DNA of 64,000 nucleotides. Origin: Trueperaceae bacterium (GTDB lineage: Bacteria > Deinococcota > Deinococci > Deinococcales > Trueperaceae). A program made the translations under genes and the position numbers. The notes beneath the pieces were generated by a model. It saw only the letters and a list, made by a program, of their open reading frames with translations, was not told where the DNA came from and did not search any database. Shown here piece after piece: positions 9,799 through 19,381 of the stretch. The stretch's first letter is position 1; every line of letters begins with the position of its first letter. The stretch covers positions 96,001-160,000 of the forward strand of contig JBBDRK010000049.1 of assembly GCA_040905465.1 (NCBI GenBank). The letters are read 5' to 3'.

Positions 9799-11094
9799 TT
9801 AGCGGCGGCCGGTTCTCGACCGAATTTCGCGGGCGGCGCGAGCCAGGGCCTCCTCGGCCGTCTGGTCGCCTGCCGCGAAGCGCTGCAGCTCGGCGGACAT
9901 CAGGCTGTTCATCTCGGCGTAGTCGGCGCTGTAAACGCCGGCCTCAGGTATCTCCTGCACGACTTCGGCGAAGATTTCCCGCACCGCCTGATCCCCGTAG
10001 TACGGGTCGGGCTCGCTGAACAGTGCGGCGTCGTAGGTGGTGGCGAGGCTGGGGAAGAGGTCGAACTGGCGGTACATTTCCAGTTGCGATTCGGTACGAC
10101 CGAGGTGAAACTCCACGTACGCCCACGCCGCCTCCTGTTGGTCGCTCTCGGCGAAGATCGCCAGCGACGAGCCACCGTCGTTGCTGGCCTGCGAGCCACC
10201 GGCCTCCCAGGCCGGCAAGCGCATCACGCCCCAATTGCCTCCGGCATCGGGAGCAATCCAGCTCTTGAAAAAGGTGCCCATCCAGACGGCTCCGGGATGG
10301 CTGGCCACGCCACCGTCCGCGAAGTTCCGGTACCACGGGTCGGTCCACTCCTCGACGTCGACCGCGAGATCTTCATCCCAGAAACGATCCATGAACTCGA
10401 GGATCTCCCGGATCTCCGGCTCCTGGTCGAGGATCACGTTGCCGTCGGCATCCAGGTAGCCCAGGCCGCGCTGCCACATGAGCGTCTCGAAGGTCCGGCC
10501 GGTGTTGCGGGCGGTGGCCTGCTGCCACATCGGCACGCCGGTCTTCTCCTTGATGACCTTGGCGGCTTGGTAGTAGTCCTCCCAGGTCTCGATCGAGGCG
10601 GCGTCCACACCGGCCTGCTCGAAAACGTCGCGACGGTAGAAGAGCACCACCGGTCCGCTGTCCCAAGGCAGCGCGTAGTAGCGCCCGTCCACCCGCGCCT
10701 CGTCCCACTTGAACTCGTTCATGAGCGGCACGTACGGTTCGACCTGTTCGGTCAGGTCGCTGAGTATTCCCAGCTCGGCGAACTGCCGAAGGTGGGAGTT
10801 CTCGATCAGCGAGACGTCGGGCGCCCCGCCGGCAACGGCGGCCAACTGGATCTGCTGGTAGGTGTCCGTCGTGGGGCGAGCCACGTACTCGAGCTCGATG
10901 TTGGGGTAGAACTCCTGGAACTCGGCATCCAGCGCCTGAAGCGCTTCCAGCGGCCCTTCCCAAACCCAGATCTCGAGATTGGCCTCGATGTCCGGGGCAG
11001 GTGCCAGGTCGTCGGCCGGCGTCTGCGCCAGCGTCGTTGCTGCGAGCGCGAGCGAAAGAAGCAAGGCTGGCAGTCTCAACGTCATTCCGTGCAT
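9799..11094 (-). CDS. Sugar ABC transporter substrate-binding protein (family 1)
   Basis: Signal peptide; APDV, YALPWD, LFYRRDVF and GGSSLAI motifs. Confidence 0.92.
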   Translation of the reverse strand: MHGMTLRLPALLLSLALAATTLAQTPADDLAPAPDIEANLEIWVWEGPLEALQALDAEFQEFYPNIELEYVARPTTDTYQQIQLAAVAGGAPDVSLIENSHLRQFAELGILSDLTEQVEPYVPLMNEFKWDEARVDGRYYALPWDSGPVVLFYRRDVFEQAGVDAASIETWEDYYQAAKVIKEKTGVPMWQQATARNTGRTFETLMWQRGLGYLDADGNVILDQEPEIREILEFMDRFWDEDLAVDVEEWTDPWYRNFADGGVASHPGAVWMGTFFKSWIAPDAGGNWGVMRLPAWEAGGSQASNDGGSSLAIFAESDQQEAAWAYVEFHLGRTESQLEMYRQFDLFPSLATTYDAALFSEPDPYYGDQAVREIFAEVVQEIPEAGVYSADYAEMNSLMSAELQRFAAGDQTAEEALARAAREIRSRTGRR

Positions 11095-11265
11095 GGCTAC
11101 TCCCGTCTGTGGACGTACCTGTCGTCCAGCTACCTGGTCGAAATTTCTAGCGGGCGAACTGCGGGACTACCTGCTATCTACCTCCATCTCCTGCTGCTCT
11201 ACGCTGGGCAGAACGAAAAGGCCGAACGCGTCGAAAACCTGTCGCCATGAGAGTGCGCCATTGAT

Positions 11266-11279
11266 TGTGAACGCCCACA
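11266..11279. promoter_or_regulatory. Second, imperfect LacI-type operator TGTGAACGCCCACA
   Basis: 12/14 match to the perfect site at 11467. Sits just downstream of a minus-strand TATACT (11279-11284), with TTGACA at 11304-11309 (19-bp spacer, long). Confidence 0.7.
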
Positions 11280-11438
11280 GTATAGAGGGTGTAACGGAGA
11301 GTTTGTCAAGACACGCAGCCCAGCCTTGCAAACACCAGGAGAAGCCCCGGCTGCGCCCGCTTCACCTCCGTCCACCAATACTTTGTCCGTCGGGTACGCA
11401 GCGCCCTTCCGGCGATGCGCCTGCTGAATCTGGTAACA

Positions 11439-11467
11439 TTGACGCTCGCAAAGGGTCATGCTAGCCT
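11439..11467 (+). promoter_or_regulatory. Sigma70-type promoter for lacI-araBDA (TTGACG-17 bp-TAGCCT, extended TG)
   Basis: -35 at 11439-11444 and -10 at 11462-11467, directly abutting the operator. Confidence 0.65.
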
Positions 11468-11480
11468 GTGAGCGCTCACA
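11467..11480. promoter_or_regulatory. Perfect palindromic LacI operator TGTGAGCGCTCACA
   Basis: Perfect 14-bp palindrome equal to the core of the symmetric lac operator; upstream of the LacI-family gene. Confidence 0.9.
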
Positions 11481-11549
11481 GTATCCAGCCGAAGCAGGAA
11501 CGACTACAGGCATGGCCGCGCGAGCAGAGAGGCCCAAGAAATCAGGTCG

Positions 11550-12575
11550 ATGAAGCAGATTCGAGCCGGCTCAACTACTCTGAACGATGTCGCCGAGGAC
11601 GCGGGCGTCTCCTATCAGACCGTTTCGCGAGTGATCAACGGCCATCCGCATGTTGCGGCGGTGACGCGGCAACGGGTCCTCGACTCCGTCCGCAAGCTCG
11701 ACTACCGCCCCAACCTGATGGCCCGGGGCCTGGTAACCCGGCGCTCGCACACCATCGGCATCGTCACCTTCGGCTCCACCTATTACGGCCCGGCACAGAT
11801 GGTCGCGAACATCGATCGGGCTATCCAGGAGCGGGGATACCGGTTCGCCCCGACGACGATCCCCGAGATGAGCTTCGAGAGCCTGGCGGGAGCCGTCCAG
11901 GAACTACGGGAACGGGGCGTCGAAGGGATCGTGATGATCACGCCCATTCTCGACATCAACCTCGACCAGGTGCGCAACCTGTGCGCGGGCACTCCCTTCG
12001 TGATGATCGACATCGCCGTGGGCGCCCAGTTGCCGTCGGTCGTGATCGAGCAGCAACGCGGCGGCCGGCTGGCGACCGAGCACCTCCTGCAACTGGGGCA
12101 CAGACGACTGGCAGAGATCAGCGGCCCGCTGAACTGGTGCGATGCCAAACTGCGGCACGATGGCTGGATAGACGCCCACCGTGCGGCAGGGCTCTCGCCC
12201 GGGACGAGCGTCGAGAGCGACTGGAGTCCGCGCGGCGGCTACCTCGCTGCCAGGAGGCTGCTGGACGGCGGGACCACCTTCTCCGGCCTGGTGGTCGGGA
12301 ACGATCAGATGGCGCTGGGAGCCGTTCGCGCCCTCCGAGAACAGGGCGTGCGGATCCCGGAGGACGTGTCGGTAATCGGCTTCGACAACATTCCGGAGTC
12401 GGCTTTCTTCGAGCCGCCGCTCACCACGGTCGTACAGGACTTCGAGGCACTGGGCAGGCAGAGCGCGGAGTACCTCATCGCGCTGATCGAGTACCCCAAC
12501 ACGCCCGTCCATCAGCGGGTGCTCTATCCCGAGCTGGTGGTGCGCGGCAGTACCGGGAGATTGACCGAGCGGTGA
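11550..12575 (+). CDS. LacI family transcriptional repressor
   Basis: HTH TLNDVAEDAGVSYQTVSRVIN; YRPN.MARGL; NDQMALG; DVSVIGFD; PPLTTV.Q. Confidence 0.95.
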   Translation: MKQIRAGSTTLNDVAEDAGVSYQTVSRVINGHPHVAAVTRQRVLDSVRKLDYRPNLMARGLVTRRSHTIGIVTFGSTYYGPAQMVANIDRAIQERGYRFAPTTIPEMSFESLAGAVQELRERGVEGIVMITPILDINLDQVRNLCAGTPFVMIDIAVGAQLPSVVIEQQRGGRLATEHLLQLGHRRLAEISGPLNWCDAKLRHDGWIDAHRAAGLSPGTSVESDWSPRGGYLAARRLLDGGTTFSGLVVGNDQMALGAVRALREQGVRIPEDVSVIGFDNIPESAFFEPPLTTVVQDFEALGRQSAEYLIALIEYPNTPVHQRVLYPELVVRGSTGRLTER

Positions 12576-12604
12576 CATCACCAGCGGACACCAAGGAGGG
12601 CGAT

Positions 12605-14299
12605 GTGCCAACCGACCGATTCACGATAGGACTCGACTTCGGCACTGAATCCGGGAGGGCGCTGCTGGTGCGCGTAAGCGACGGTGAGGAGGTCGCTACC
12701 TCGGTCCACCCGTATCGCCATGGGGTGATAGCGGAGCGACTGCCCAACGGCGGCCAGCGGCTGCCTCCGGACTGGGCGCTGCAGCACCCCGGTGACTATC
12801 TCGAGGTGGTGAAGCGTACCGTTCCCGAGGTGCTCGCCCGTTCGGGGGTTGCGCCCGAGCAGGTGATCGGCGTGGGGATAGACTTCACCTCCTGCACCAT
12901 GCTCCCCACCAAGCGAGACGGGACCCCGCTGTGTGAGCTCGAGGAGTTTCGCGACCGGCCGCATGCCTGGGTGAAGCTCTGGAAGCACCACGCCGCCCAG
13001 CCGCAGGCCGACCGGATCAACGAGGTCGCCCGGCAGCGGGGTGAAGAGTGGCTGACGCGTTACGGCGGCAAGATCAGCAGCGAGTGGTTTTTCAGCAAGG
13101 CCCTGCAGATCCTCGAGGAGGCCCCGGAGATCTACGCTGCAGCCGATCGGCTGATCGAGGCAGCCGACTGGCTGGTGTGGCAACTAACCGGCGTGGAGAC
13201 TCGAAACTCCTGCACTGCCGGATACAAGGCGATGCGCCAGGACGGAGAATTTCCGTCTCCCGATTACTTCGCCGCCCTCCACCCAGAATTCGCGCACGTC
13301 GTCGACGAAAAGATGATGCGCGAGCTGCTCGACCTGGGCGAGCGCGCAGGCGGCCTGAGCGATGTTGCGGCCGGCTGGACCGGGTTGCCGCCAGGGATAG
13401 CCATCGCGGTAGCCAATGTCGACGCCCACGTAACAGTGCCGGCTACCGGGACGGTCGAGCCGGGCACTATGGTGATGATCATGGGAACCAGTACCTGCGA
13501 CGTGCTGGTGAGTGACGAGCGCCGCGAGGTGGAAGGCATGTGTGGAGTAGTCAGCGACGGGATCGTACCGGGGCATTACGGCTACGAGGCGGGGCAGAGC
13601 GGCGTAGGCGACATCTTCGCCTGGTACCTGGAGAACGCGGTGCCTGCCGAGTATCACGAGCGGGCGACGCAGGAAGGAATCGACCTGCACGAGTTGCTGG
13701 AGCGGGAAGCCGGCGGCCAGTTGCCGGGACAGCACGGACTTCTGGCCCTCGATTGGCACGGCGGCAATCGCAGCGTGCTGGTTGACGCCGAACTGAGCGG
13801 GCTACTCGTGGGAATGACCTTGGCCACGACGGCGCCCGATATCTACCGAGCCCTGCTGGAAGCGACCGCCTTCGGCACCAGAGTGATCATCGAGGCGTTC
13901 GAAACCGGCGGGGTTCCGGTCCGCAAACTGGTAGCGGCAGGCGGCCTGCCTGCCCGGAATCCGCTGATGATGCAGATCTACGCCGACGTGCTGAACCGAG
14001 AAATCTCGGTTATCCGCAGCGAGCAGGGCCCGGCGCTCGGTTCGGCAATTCACGCCGCGGTAGCGGCAGGCGCCTACCCGGATATCGCCGCAGCAGCCAG
14101 GCACATGGGTGGGCTCAGCGACAAGACGTACCGGCCGAGGGCCGAAGACACCTCGATCTATGACGGGCTGTACCGCGACTACCGCTACCTGCACGACCTT
14201 TTCGGCCGTAGCGATCAGAGAGAACCGGGCGGCGTGATGAAGCGCTTGCGGGAACAGCGGCGCACAGCCATCCGTTCTCGCGAAGGAGCGACGGTGTGA
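12605..14299 (+). CDS. araB: Ribulokinase (FGGY family)
   Basis: IGLDFGTESGRA, DFTSCT, VKLWKHHAAQ, YGGKISSEW, VDAH and MGTSTC; AAGGAGG RBS before GTG 12605. Confidence 0.93.
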   Translation: MPTDRFTIGLDFGTESGRALLVRVSDGEEVATSVHPYRHGVIAERLPNGGQRLPPDWALQHPGDYLEVVKRTVPEVLARSGVAPEQVIGVGIDFTSCTMLPTKRDGTPLCELEEFRDRPHAWVKLWKHHAAQPQADRINEVARQRGEEWLTRYGGKISSEWFFSKALQILEEAPEIYAAADRLIEAADWLVWQLTGVETRNSCTAGYKAMRQDGEFPSPDYFAALHPEFAHVVDEKMMRELLDLGERAGGLSDVAAGWTGLPPGIAIAVANVDAHVTVPATGTVEPGTMVMIMGTSTCDVLVSDERREVEGMCGVVSDGIVPGHYGYEAGQSGVGDIFAWYLENAVPAEYHERATQEGIDLHELLEREAGGQLPGQHGLLALDWHGGNRSVLVDAELSGLLVGMTLATTAPDIYRALLEATAFGTRVIIEAFETGGVPVRKLVAAGGLPARNPLMMQIYADVLNREISVIRSEQGPALGSAIHAAVAAGAYPDIAAAARHMGGLSDKTYRPRAEDTSIYDGLYRDYRYLHDLFGRSDQREPGGVMKRLREQRRTAIRSREGATV

Positions 14300-14341
14300 T
14301 GCGCTGGCGAAGAGAGCCCGCGATCCAGACGAGGTGGTGGT

Positions 14342-14992
14342 GTGAGCATCGATGATCTGGCGCAGGAGGTGTGCGCCTTGCACGCCTACCTCCCAGCCAA
14401 CAACCTCGTCGCCTGGACCAGTGGCAACATAAGCGGCCGCGATCCCGGCGGCGACACCATGGTGATCAAACCCAGCGGGGTGATGTTCGAAGATCTGACA
14501 CCGGAAAACATGTGCCGCATCGACACGACCAGCCTCGAGCACGCCGGTTCGCACAAGCCCAGCTCCGACGCGGCCACGCACGCCCACATCTACCGACACA
14601 TGCCCGCCGTGGGCGGGATCGTGCATTCGCATAGCCCCTATGCCACTGCCTGGGCGGTCCTCGGGCGGGAGATACCGTGCGTGCTCACGGCCATGGCCGA
14701 CGAGTTCGGCGGCCCAATACCCTGCGCCGGTTTCGCCCGTATCGGCGGCGAAGAGATCGGCCGAGAGGTGGTGCGGACGCTGACCGGGCACAGTTCTCCC
14801 GCGGTGCTGTTGCAGAACCACGGCGTTTTCGCTATCGGCCAGACTCCCCGAGACGCCGTCAAGGCCGCGGTGATGTGCGAGGATGCCGCCAGGACGGTTT
14901 ATCTGGCAATGCAGTTGGGCGTACCGAGAACTATCGAGCCGGAGGACATCGCCAGCCTCCACCGCCGCTACATCGACGACTATGGTCAATAG
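14342..14992 (+). CDS. araD: L-ribulose-5-phosphate 4-epimerase (class II aldolase family)
   Basis: WTSGNIS, IKPSG, PSSD, HSHS and LQNHG; lies between araB and araA. Confidence 0.9.
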   Translation: MSIDDLAQEVCALHAYLPANNLVAWTSGNISGRDPGGDTMVIKPSGVMFEDLTPENMCRIDTTSLEHAGSHKPSSDAATHAHIYRHMPAVGGIVHSHSPYATAWAVLGREIPCVLTAMADEFGGPIPCAGFARIGGEEIGREVVRTLTGHSSPAVLLQNHGVFAIGQTPRDAVKAAVMCEDAARTVYLAMQLGVPRTIEPEDIASLHRRYIDDYGQ

Positions 14993-15008
14993 CACCCCGG
15001 GGAGACAG

Positions 15009-16514
15009 GTGAACGGATTCGAGAAGCTGGAGGTCTGGTTCCTGACCGGCAGCCAGCACCTCTATGGCGAGGGGGCGCTGCGACAGGTAGCGAGCGACGC
15101 AAGCGAGATCGCCGGCTCCCTGGGAAACGACGACGGCATCGCGATACGTATCGTTCCCAAGCCGGTGCTCACTACCTCCGATGAGATCTATCGGCTGTGC
15201 CTGGAGGCCAACTCCGACGCCGGCTGCATTGGGCTCATGACCTGGATGCACACCTTCTCTCCGGCCAAGATGTGGATCAGGGGCCTGAAGGCTCTCCACA
15301 AGCCGTTCATGCAGCTTCACACTCAATACGGCCGGGACATTCCGTGGGCGTCGCTGGACATGGACTTCATGAACCTGCACCAGACCGCTCACGGCGGACG
15401 CGAGTTCGGCTTCGTCGGCGAGCGGCTGCGGCTCTCACCGAAAGTAGTGGTGGGTCATTGGCGGAGCGAATCGGTGCGCAGGCAGCTGGACACCTGGTGC
15501 CGGGCGGCGGCCGCCTGGCACGACTCGCAGGAGCTGAAGATCGCGCGCTTCGGCGACAATATGCGCAACGTCGCGGTTAGCGATGGGGACAAGGTATCCG
15601 CCGAGATCGGTTTCGGCTACTCGGTGATCGGTTACGGCGTCGGCGATCTGGCGGAGCGGGTCGTCGCCGCGGCACCGTCGGCGGTGGACGAGCTGCTCGA
15701 GGTATACGACGCGAGCTACCGGGTAGCGCCGGAACTGCGGCCGAACGGCGCTCGGCGCGGCGAGCTGCGCGAGGCAGCCCGTATCGAGATCGGGCTGCGG
15801 TCGTTTCTCGTGTCGGGCGGCTTCAAGGGGTTCACCACCACTTTCGAAGACCTCCACGGCCTGTCCCAACTGCCCGGCCTGGCGGTCCAGCGCCTGATGG
15901 CCGACGGGTACGGCTTCGGCGCCGAAGGGGACTGGAAGACGGCCGCGCTGCTCCGCTCCATGAAGGTCATGGCGCAGGGCCTTGACGGTGGTACCTCGTT
16001 CATGGAGGATTACACCTACCATCTCGACCCTGACCGTCCGGCGGTTCTGGGAGCGCATATGCTCGAGGTGTGCCCGTCGACGGCCGGCGACACGCCCACC
16101 CTGGAGATGCACCCACTATCGATCGGCGGCAAAGCCGATCCTGCCCGGCTGGTGTTCGACGTTACCGCGGGGCCCGCCGTCAACGCTTCGGTGATCGACC
16201 TGGGCGACCGCTTCCGGATGATAGTGGGTGAGGTCGACGTGGTTGCCGCCGAGCAACCGCTGCCCAAACTGCCGGTCGCCCGCGCCCTGTGGCAACCCAG
16301 GCCCGACCTCGAAACGGCGACAGCCGCTTGGATCATGGCCGGAGGCGCTCATCACACCGGCTTCAGCAAGGCTCTGAAGGTGGAGCATCTCGAGGACTTC
16401 GCCGAGATGGCCGGCGTCGAACTCTTCGTGATCGACGAGCGTACCCGTCTGCGGGACGTTCGCAGTGAGTTGCGCTGGAACTCGGCCTTCTATCGACTGG
16501 CCGGATCACCGTGA
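15009..16514 (+). CDS. araA: L-arabinose isomerase
   Basis: [52 protein letters not shown] and GGAHH. Confidence 0.96.
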   Translation: MNGFEKLEVWFLTGSQHLYGEGALRQVASDASEIAGSLGNDDGIAIRIVPKPVLTTSDEIYRLCLEANSDAGCIGLMTWMHTFSPAKMWIRGLKALHKPFMQLHTQYGRDIPWASLDMDFMNLHQTAHGGREFGFVGERLRLSPKVVVGHWRSESVRRQLDTWCRAAAAWHDSQELKIARFGDNMRNVAVSDGDKVSAEIGFGYSVIGYGVGDLAERVVAAAPSAVDELLEVYDASYRVAPELRPNGARRGELREAARIEIGLRSFLVSGGFKGFTTTFEDLHGLSQLPGLAVQRLMADGYGFGAEGDWKTAALLRSMKVMAQGLDGGTSFMEDYTYHLDPDRPAVLGAHMLEVCPSTAGDTPTLEMHPLSIGGKADPARLVFDVTAGPAVNASVIDLGDRFRMIVGEVDVVAAEQPLPKLPVARALWQPRPDLETATAAWIMAGGAHHTGFSKALKVEHLEDFAEMAGVELFVIDERTRLRDVRSELRWNSAFYRLAGSP

Positions 16515-16545
16515 GCGGACTGCTGGCGTGGGTCGCGGCGGCCCC

Positions 16546-17592
16546 GTGATAGCGGCGCGACTCTACGGGCCGGCGGACCTTCGGATCGACGAGATTCCGA
16601 TGGTCGGCGGGCCCGGACCCGGAGAGGTAGCGATCCGGGTAACGGCAGTGGGCATCTGCGGATCCGATCTCCACACCTACAACGAGGGCAGGATCGGCAC
16701 CACCAGGGTCGAAACACCGTTGGTGTTGGGCCACGAGTTCGGCGGAACGGTAAGCGCCGTCGGCGATAGTCCCATCAGCGGCAGCGGCGAGCGGTTGAGC
16801 CCGGGGATGCGCGTGGCGGTGGACCCGCACGTGCCCTGCCGGCAGTGCGAGATGTGCCAGCGGGGGCATCCCAACCTTTGTCCCCACCACAAGTTCTACG
16901 GGGTATGGCCGCACGACGGTGCTCTCGTGGAGACGATGGTCTGTGACGCCCAAAGCTGTTTTCCGGTACCGGACTCGCTCAGCGATGTCGATGCGGCCCT
17001 GCTCGAGCCCCTCGGCGTCGCGCTGCATGCCGTTGACCTGGGCAAGATTCGAGTCGGCGACACCGTGACCGTCCTGGGTTGCGGCCCGATCGGACTGCTC
17101 GTCGCGCAACTCGCCCGGCTGGCCGGCGCCGCAACGGTGCTCGCATTCGACCCGTTGGACTGGCGGGCGGAGGAGGCGGTCCACTGGGGGGCTAGCGGGG
17201 GGATCGACGGTTCAGGAGCGGATGCCGCTGCTGCCGTCGGCGAGCAGACCCGGGGACGCGGTGCCGACGTGGTCTTCGAGGTCGCCTGGGCAGGCGCTTC
17301 GGTTCAGAGCGCGGTGGAAGCCGCGCGTCCAGGCGGACGCGTGGTGCTGGTGGGGATACCGGAGGACGACCGACTGGAACTGCAACACTCCACCGCGCGC
17401 AGGAAGGGCCTGACACTTAGCTTCGCCAGGCGCATGAAACACACCTATCCCAGGGCGATCGGGCTGGCTGATGGCCAACTCGAGCTCGAGCGCCTTGTTA
17501 CCCACCGCTTCCCGCTGGAGCGGGCGTCGGAGGGGTTTGCCATGAACGCCGGGTACCGGGACGGGGTGATGAAGGCAGTGATATTGCCGTAG
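16546..17592 (+). CDS. Zn-dependent polyol/sugar alcohol dehydrogenase (sorbitol-DH-like MDR)
   Basis: GICGSDLH, LGHE, C..C..C.......C structural Zn site, LEPLGVALH and GCGPIG. Confidence 0.88.
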   Translation: MIAARLYGPADLRIDEIPMVGGPGPGEVAIRVTAVGICGSDLHTYNEGRIGTTRVETPLVLGHEFGGTVSAVGDSPISGSGERLSPGMRVAVDPHVPCRQCEMCQRGHPNLCPHHKFYGVWPHDGALVETMVCDAQSCFPVPDSLSDVDAALLEPLGVALHAVDLGKIRVGDTVTVLGCGPIGLLVAQLARLAGAATVLAFDPLDWRAEEAVHWGASGGIDGSGADAAAAVGEQTRGRGADVVFEVAWAGASVQSAVEAARPGGRVVLVGIPEDDRLELQHSTARRKGLTLSFARRMKHTYPRAIGLADGQLELERLVTHRFPLERASEGFAMNAGYRDGVMKAVILP

Positions 17593-17661
17593 GAGAGCGG
17601 CGCTCGTGCTGCTGCGCAAACGCTGTCGGAATGGACCGCGAGATCAGCGCGCACAATGCCC

Positions 17662-18875
17662 TCAATTCCTCTCGTGGAAAGGCGCCAGTTCCGTTACTAC
17701 CACGTGCATGTCGCCGTCCGTTTCCCGCACCGCCCCGGTCACCAAGTACGGGCCAGGGGTGGTGAGCCGCTCGCCGACACGTGCATTGGCTTCCGGGAAC
17801 AGCACGGCCTCGACGAGCCCCGCCTCGTCCTCGAAGGTGAGGAACCGCAGCTCGCCATTGCTGGCGGGAACGCGGCGCGCGGCGGCCAGAAGGCCAACGA
17901 ACCTCACCGGGTGCCCGACACGAGAAGCCAACTCGCTCGAGCGCAGGCAGCCGAGCTTGTCCGCTTCCGCTCGGAGCAGGCGCATCGGGTGCTCGGAAAC
18001 GTGCATGTCCAGGAAGCGGATCTCGTTACGGACGCGCACAAGCGCCTGATACGCGAGAAACTCCTCCGCCAGGCTGCCCCTCTTTACTCGCTCCAGCACG
18101 TCGCTCAGGGCGCCGTGGCCCGCTTCTCCCGCCATCCCCTCGAGGACGACGTCGTGTACCAGCGGGTAGCCGGCGGGTGAGAGCGGCGGCAGCTCGTCGC
18201 ACGCCCCTGAGAGCAGCAGTGCCCTGAACTCCCGCTTCACGGGACGGGCACTTTCCAGCAGTTGGCCCAGATCGGCGAACGGCCTCCCGTCCAGCAGATC
18301 GTTCGCGGTGCGCCGGGTCAGCCCTTTGATGGCGGTCAAGCCGATGCGCACGGCCGGCGAAGGCTCTCTTTCGACCGTTGACGCCAACTGCGATCGGTTC
18401 ACGTCGGGCGGGAGCAGGGTTACTCCCCAGCGCTCGACGGCCGCGGCCGTGGTGCGGAGCGGGTAGAGCCCGCGGTGTTGGTTGATGAGGGCGCAGCCGA
18501 ATTCCAGAGGAGCGTGCGTCCGGAGCCAGGCCGCCTGCCAGGCGAGGACCGCATAGCTGGCTGCGTGCGCCTCGGCGAACGAGTACGAGGCGAAGCGAGC
18601 CGCCGCTTCCCAAGCTCGCTCGGCCACGCTGCGCTTCGCTCCCGAGCCGAGCGAGCGCTCGAGGAAGTCTGCTCGTAGCCCGGCCAGCGCATCGGGCCGC
18701 TCGCCAGCCGCCACCACTGCCGTGCGCAGCGCATCGGCCGAGGCCAGGTCCATGCCTCCGACGGTCGCCAGCAGCCGGATGATGTCCTCGTCGAAGAGGA
18801 GAACACCGCGCGAGTGCGCCAGTCGCGCGCGCAACTCCCCGTAGCGGCCGTCCTGCTCGCCGCCTATCGCATCGC
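17662..18875 (-). pseudogene. dnaE2: C-terminal fragment of a DNA polymerase III alpha subunit (DnaE2-like), lacking the PHP and catalytic palm regions
   Basis: GVLLFDED, ADALR, FASYSFAEAHAASYA, LLPPDVNRS, VRIGL.AIKGL and an OB fold (RFLTFEDEAG). Resemblance stops abruptly near 18875; no credible start. Confidence 0.8.
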
Positions 18876-18877
18876 TC

Positions 18878-19231
18878 GTAGTGAAGCACTTCAAGTGGGA
18901 GCCGCGCGGCCGCAGGAGGCTGCACCGTACCCCATCACAACGGGAGATAGACGCCTGCCTGCCTTGGCTGGACGCCGAGATCGAACGGATCCGGCCGCGG
19001 GTGCTGGTGGCGATGGGGGCGACCGCGGCGAAGGCGCTGTACGGGCCGGGCCACCGGGTCTCCCGCCAGCACGGTGAACTGGTCGAGTCCGACCGGGCCG
19101 AGTTGGCCACCTCGACGTTCCACCCGTCGGCGATCCTCCGGCGTCGCGGAGACGATGAACGCCGCGCGGAGATGGAGCGGTTCGTGAGGGACCTGCGGTA
19201 CGCGTGGGGGTTGCTGGAGTCGAACGGCTGA
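18878..19231 (+). pseudogene. udgX: C-terminal fragment of a UdgX-type family-4 uracil-DNA glycosylase
   Basis: VKHFKW..RGRRRLH.TP (KRRIH-like loop), ACLPWL..E, MGATAA and TFHPSAILR. The N-terminal CxxC and GEQPG motifs are absent. Confidence 0.82.
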
Positions 19232-19291
19232 GCGAGTCGAGGCAAAACGAGAGGTACCCAGGATCCTCGGTCAGCCCGCGGGCTCGCGGGC

Positions 19292-19342
19292 TTGACAGGC
19301 GCGCCCTTTTCCCAATACAGTCACTCTTACTTGTACGGACAA
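19292..19342 (+). promoter_or_regulatory. Promoter TTGACA-18 bp-TACAGT followed by HutC/UTRA-type operator TTGT-ACGG-ACAA (19331-19342)
   Basis: Consensus -35 at 19292, -10 at 19316-19321, and an inverted repeat just downstream, ahead of the GntR gene. Confidence 0.65.
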
Positions 19343-19381
19343 CCGGAAGACAGGACCACCTTCGTGAGCGACAGGACGAGT

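Noticed and set aside
9322-11250. Long antisense ORFs (e.g. 9322..11250 +, 40986..42494 +, 26213..27730 -)
   Set aside because: Typical stop-poor shadows of real genes in GC-rich DNA; no recognisable motifs.
11468-12604. 943-aa ORF suggesting a long araB or a fusion
   Set aside because: Alternative frame of the LacI gene; araB has its own AAGGAGG RBS and GTG at 12605.
18876-19245. N-terminal ~120 aa of the 527-aa ORF 17662..19245 (-) as part of the polymerase
   Set aside because: It is the antisense shadow of the udgX fragment and has no DnaE-like motifs.
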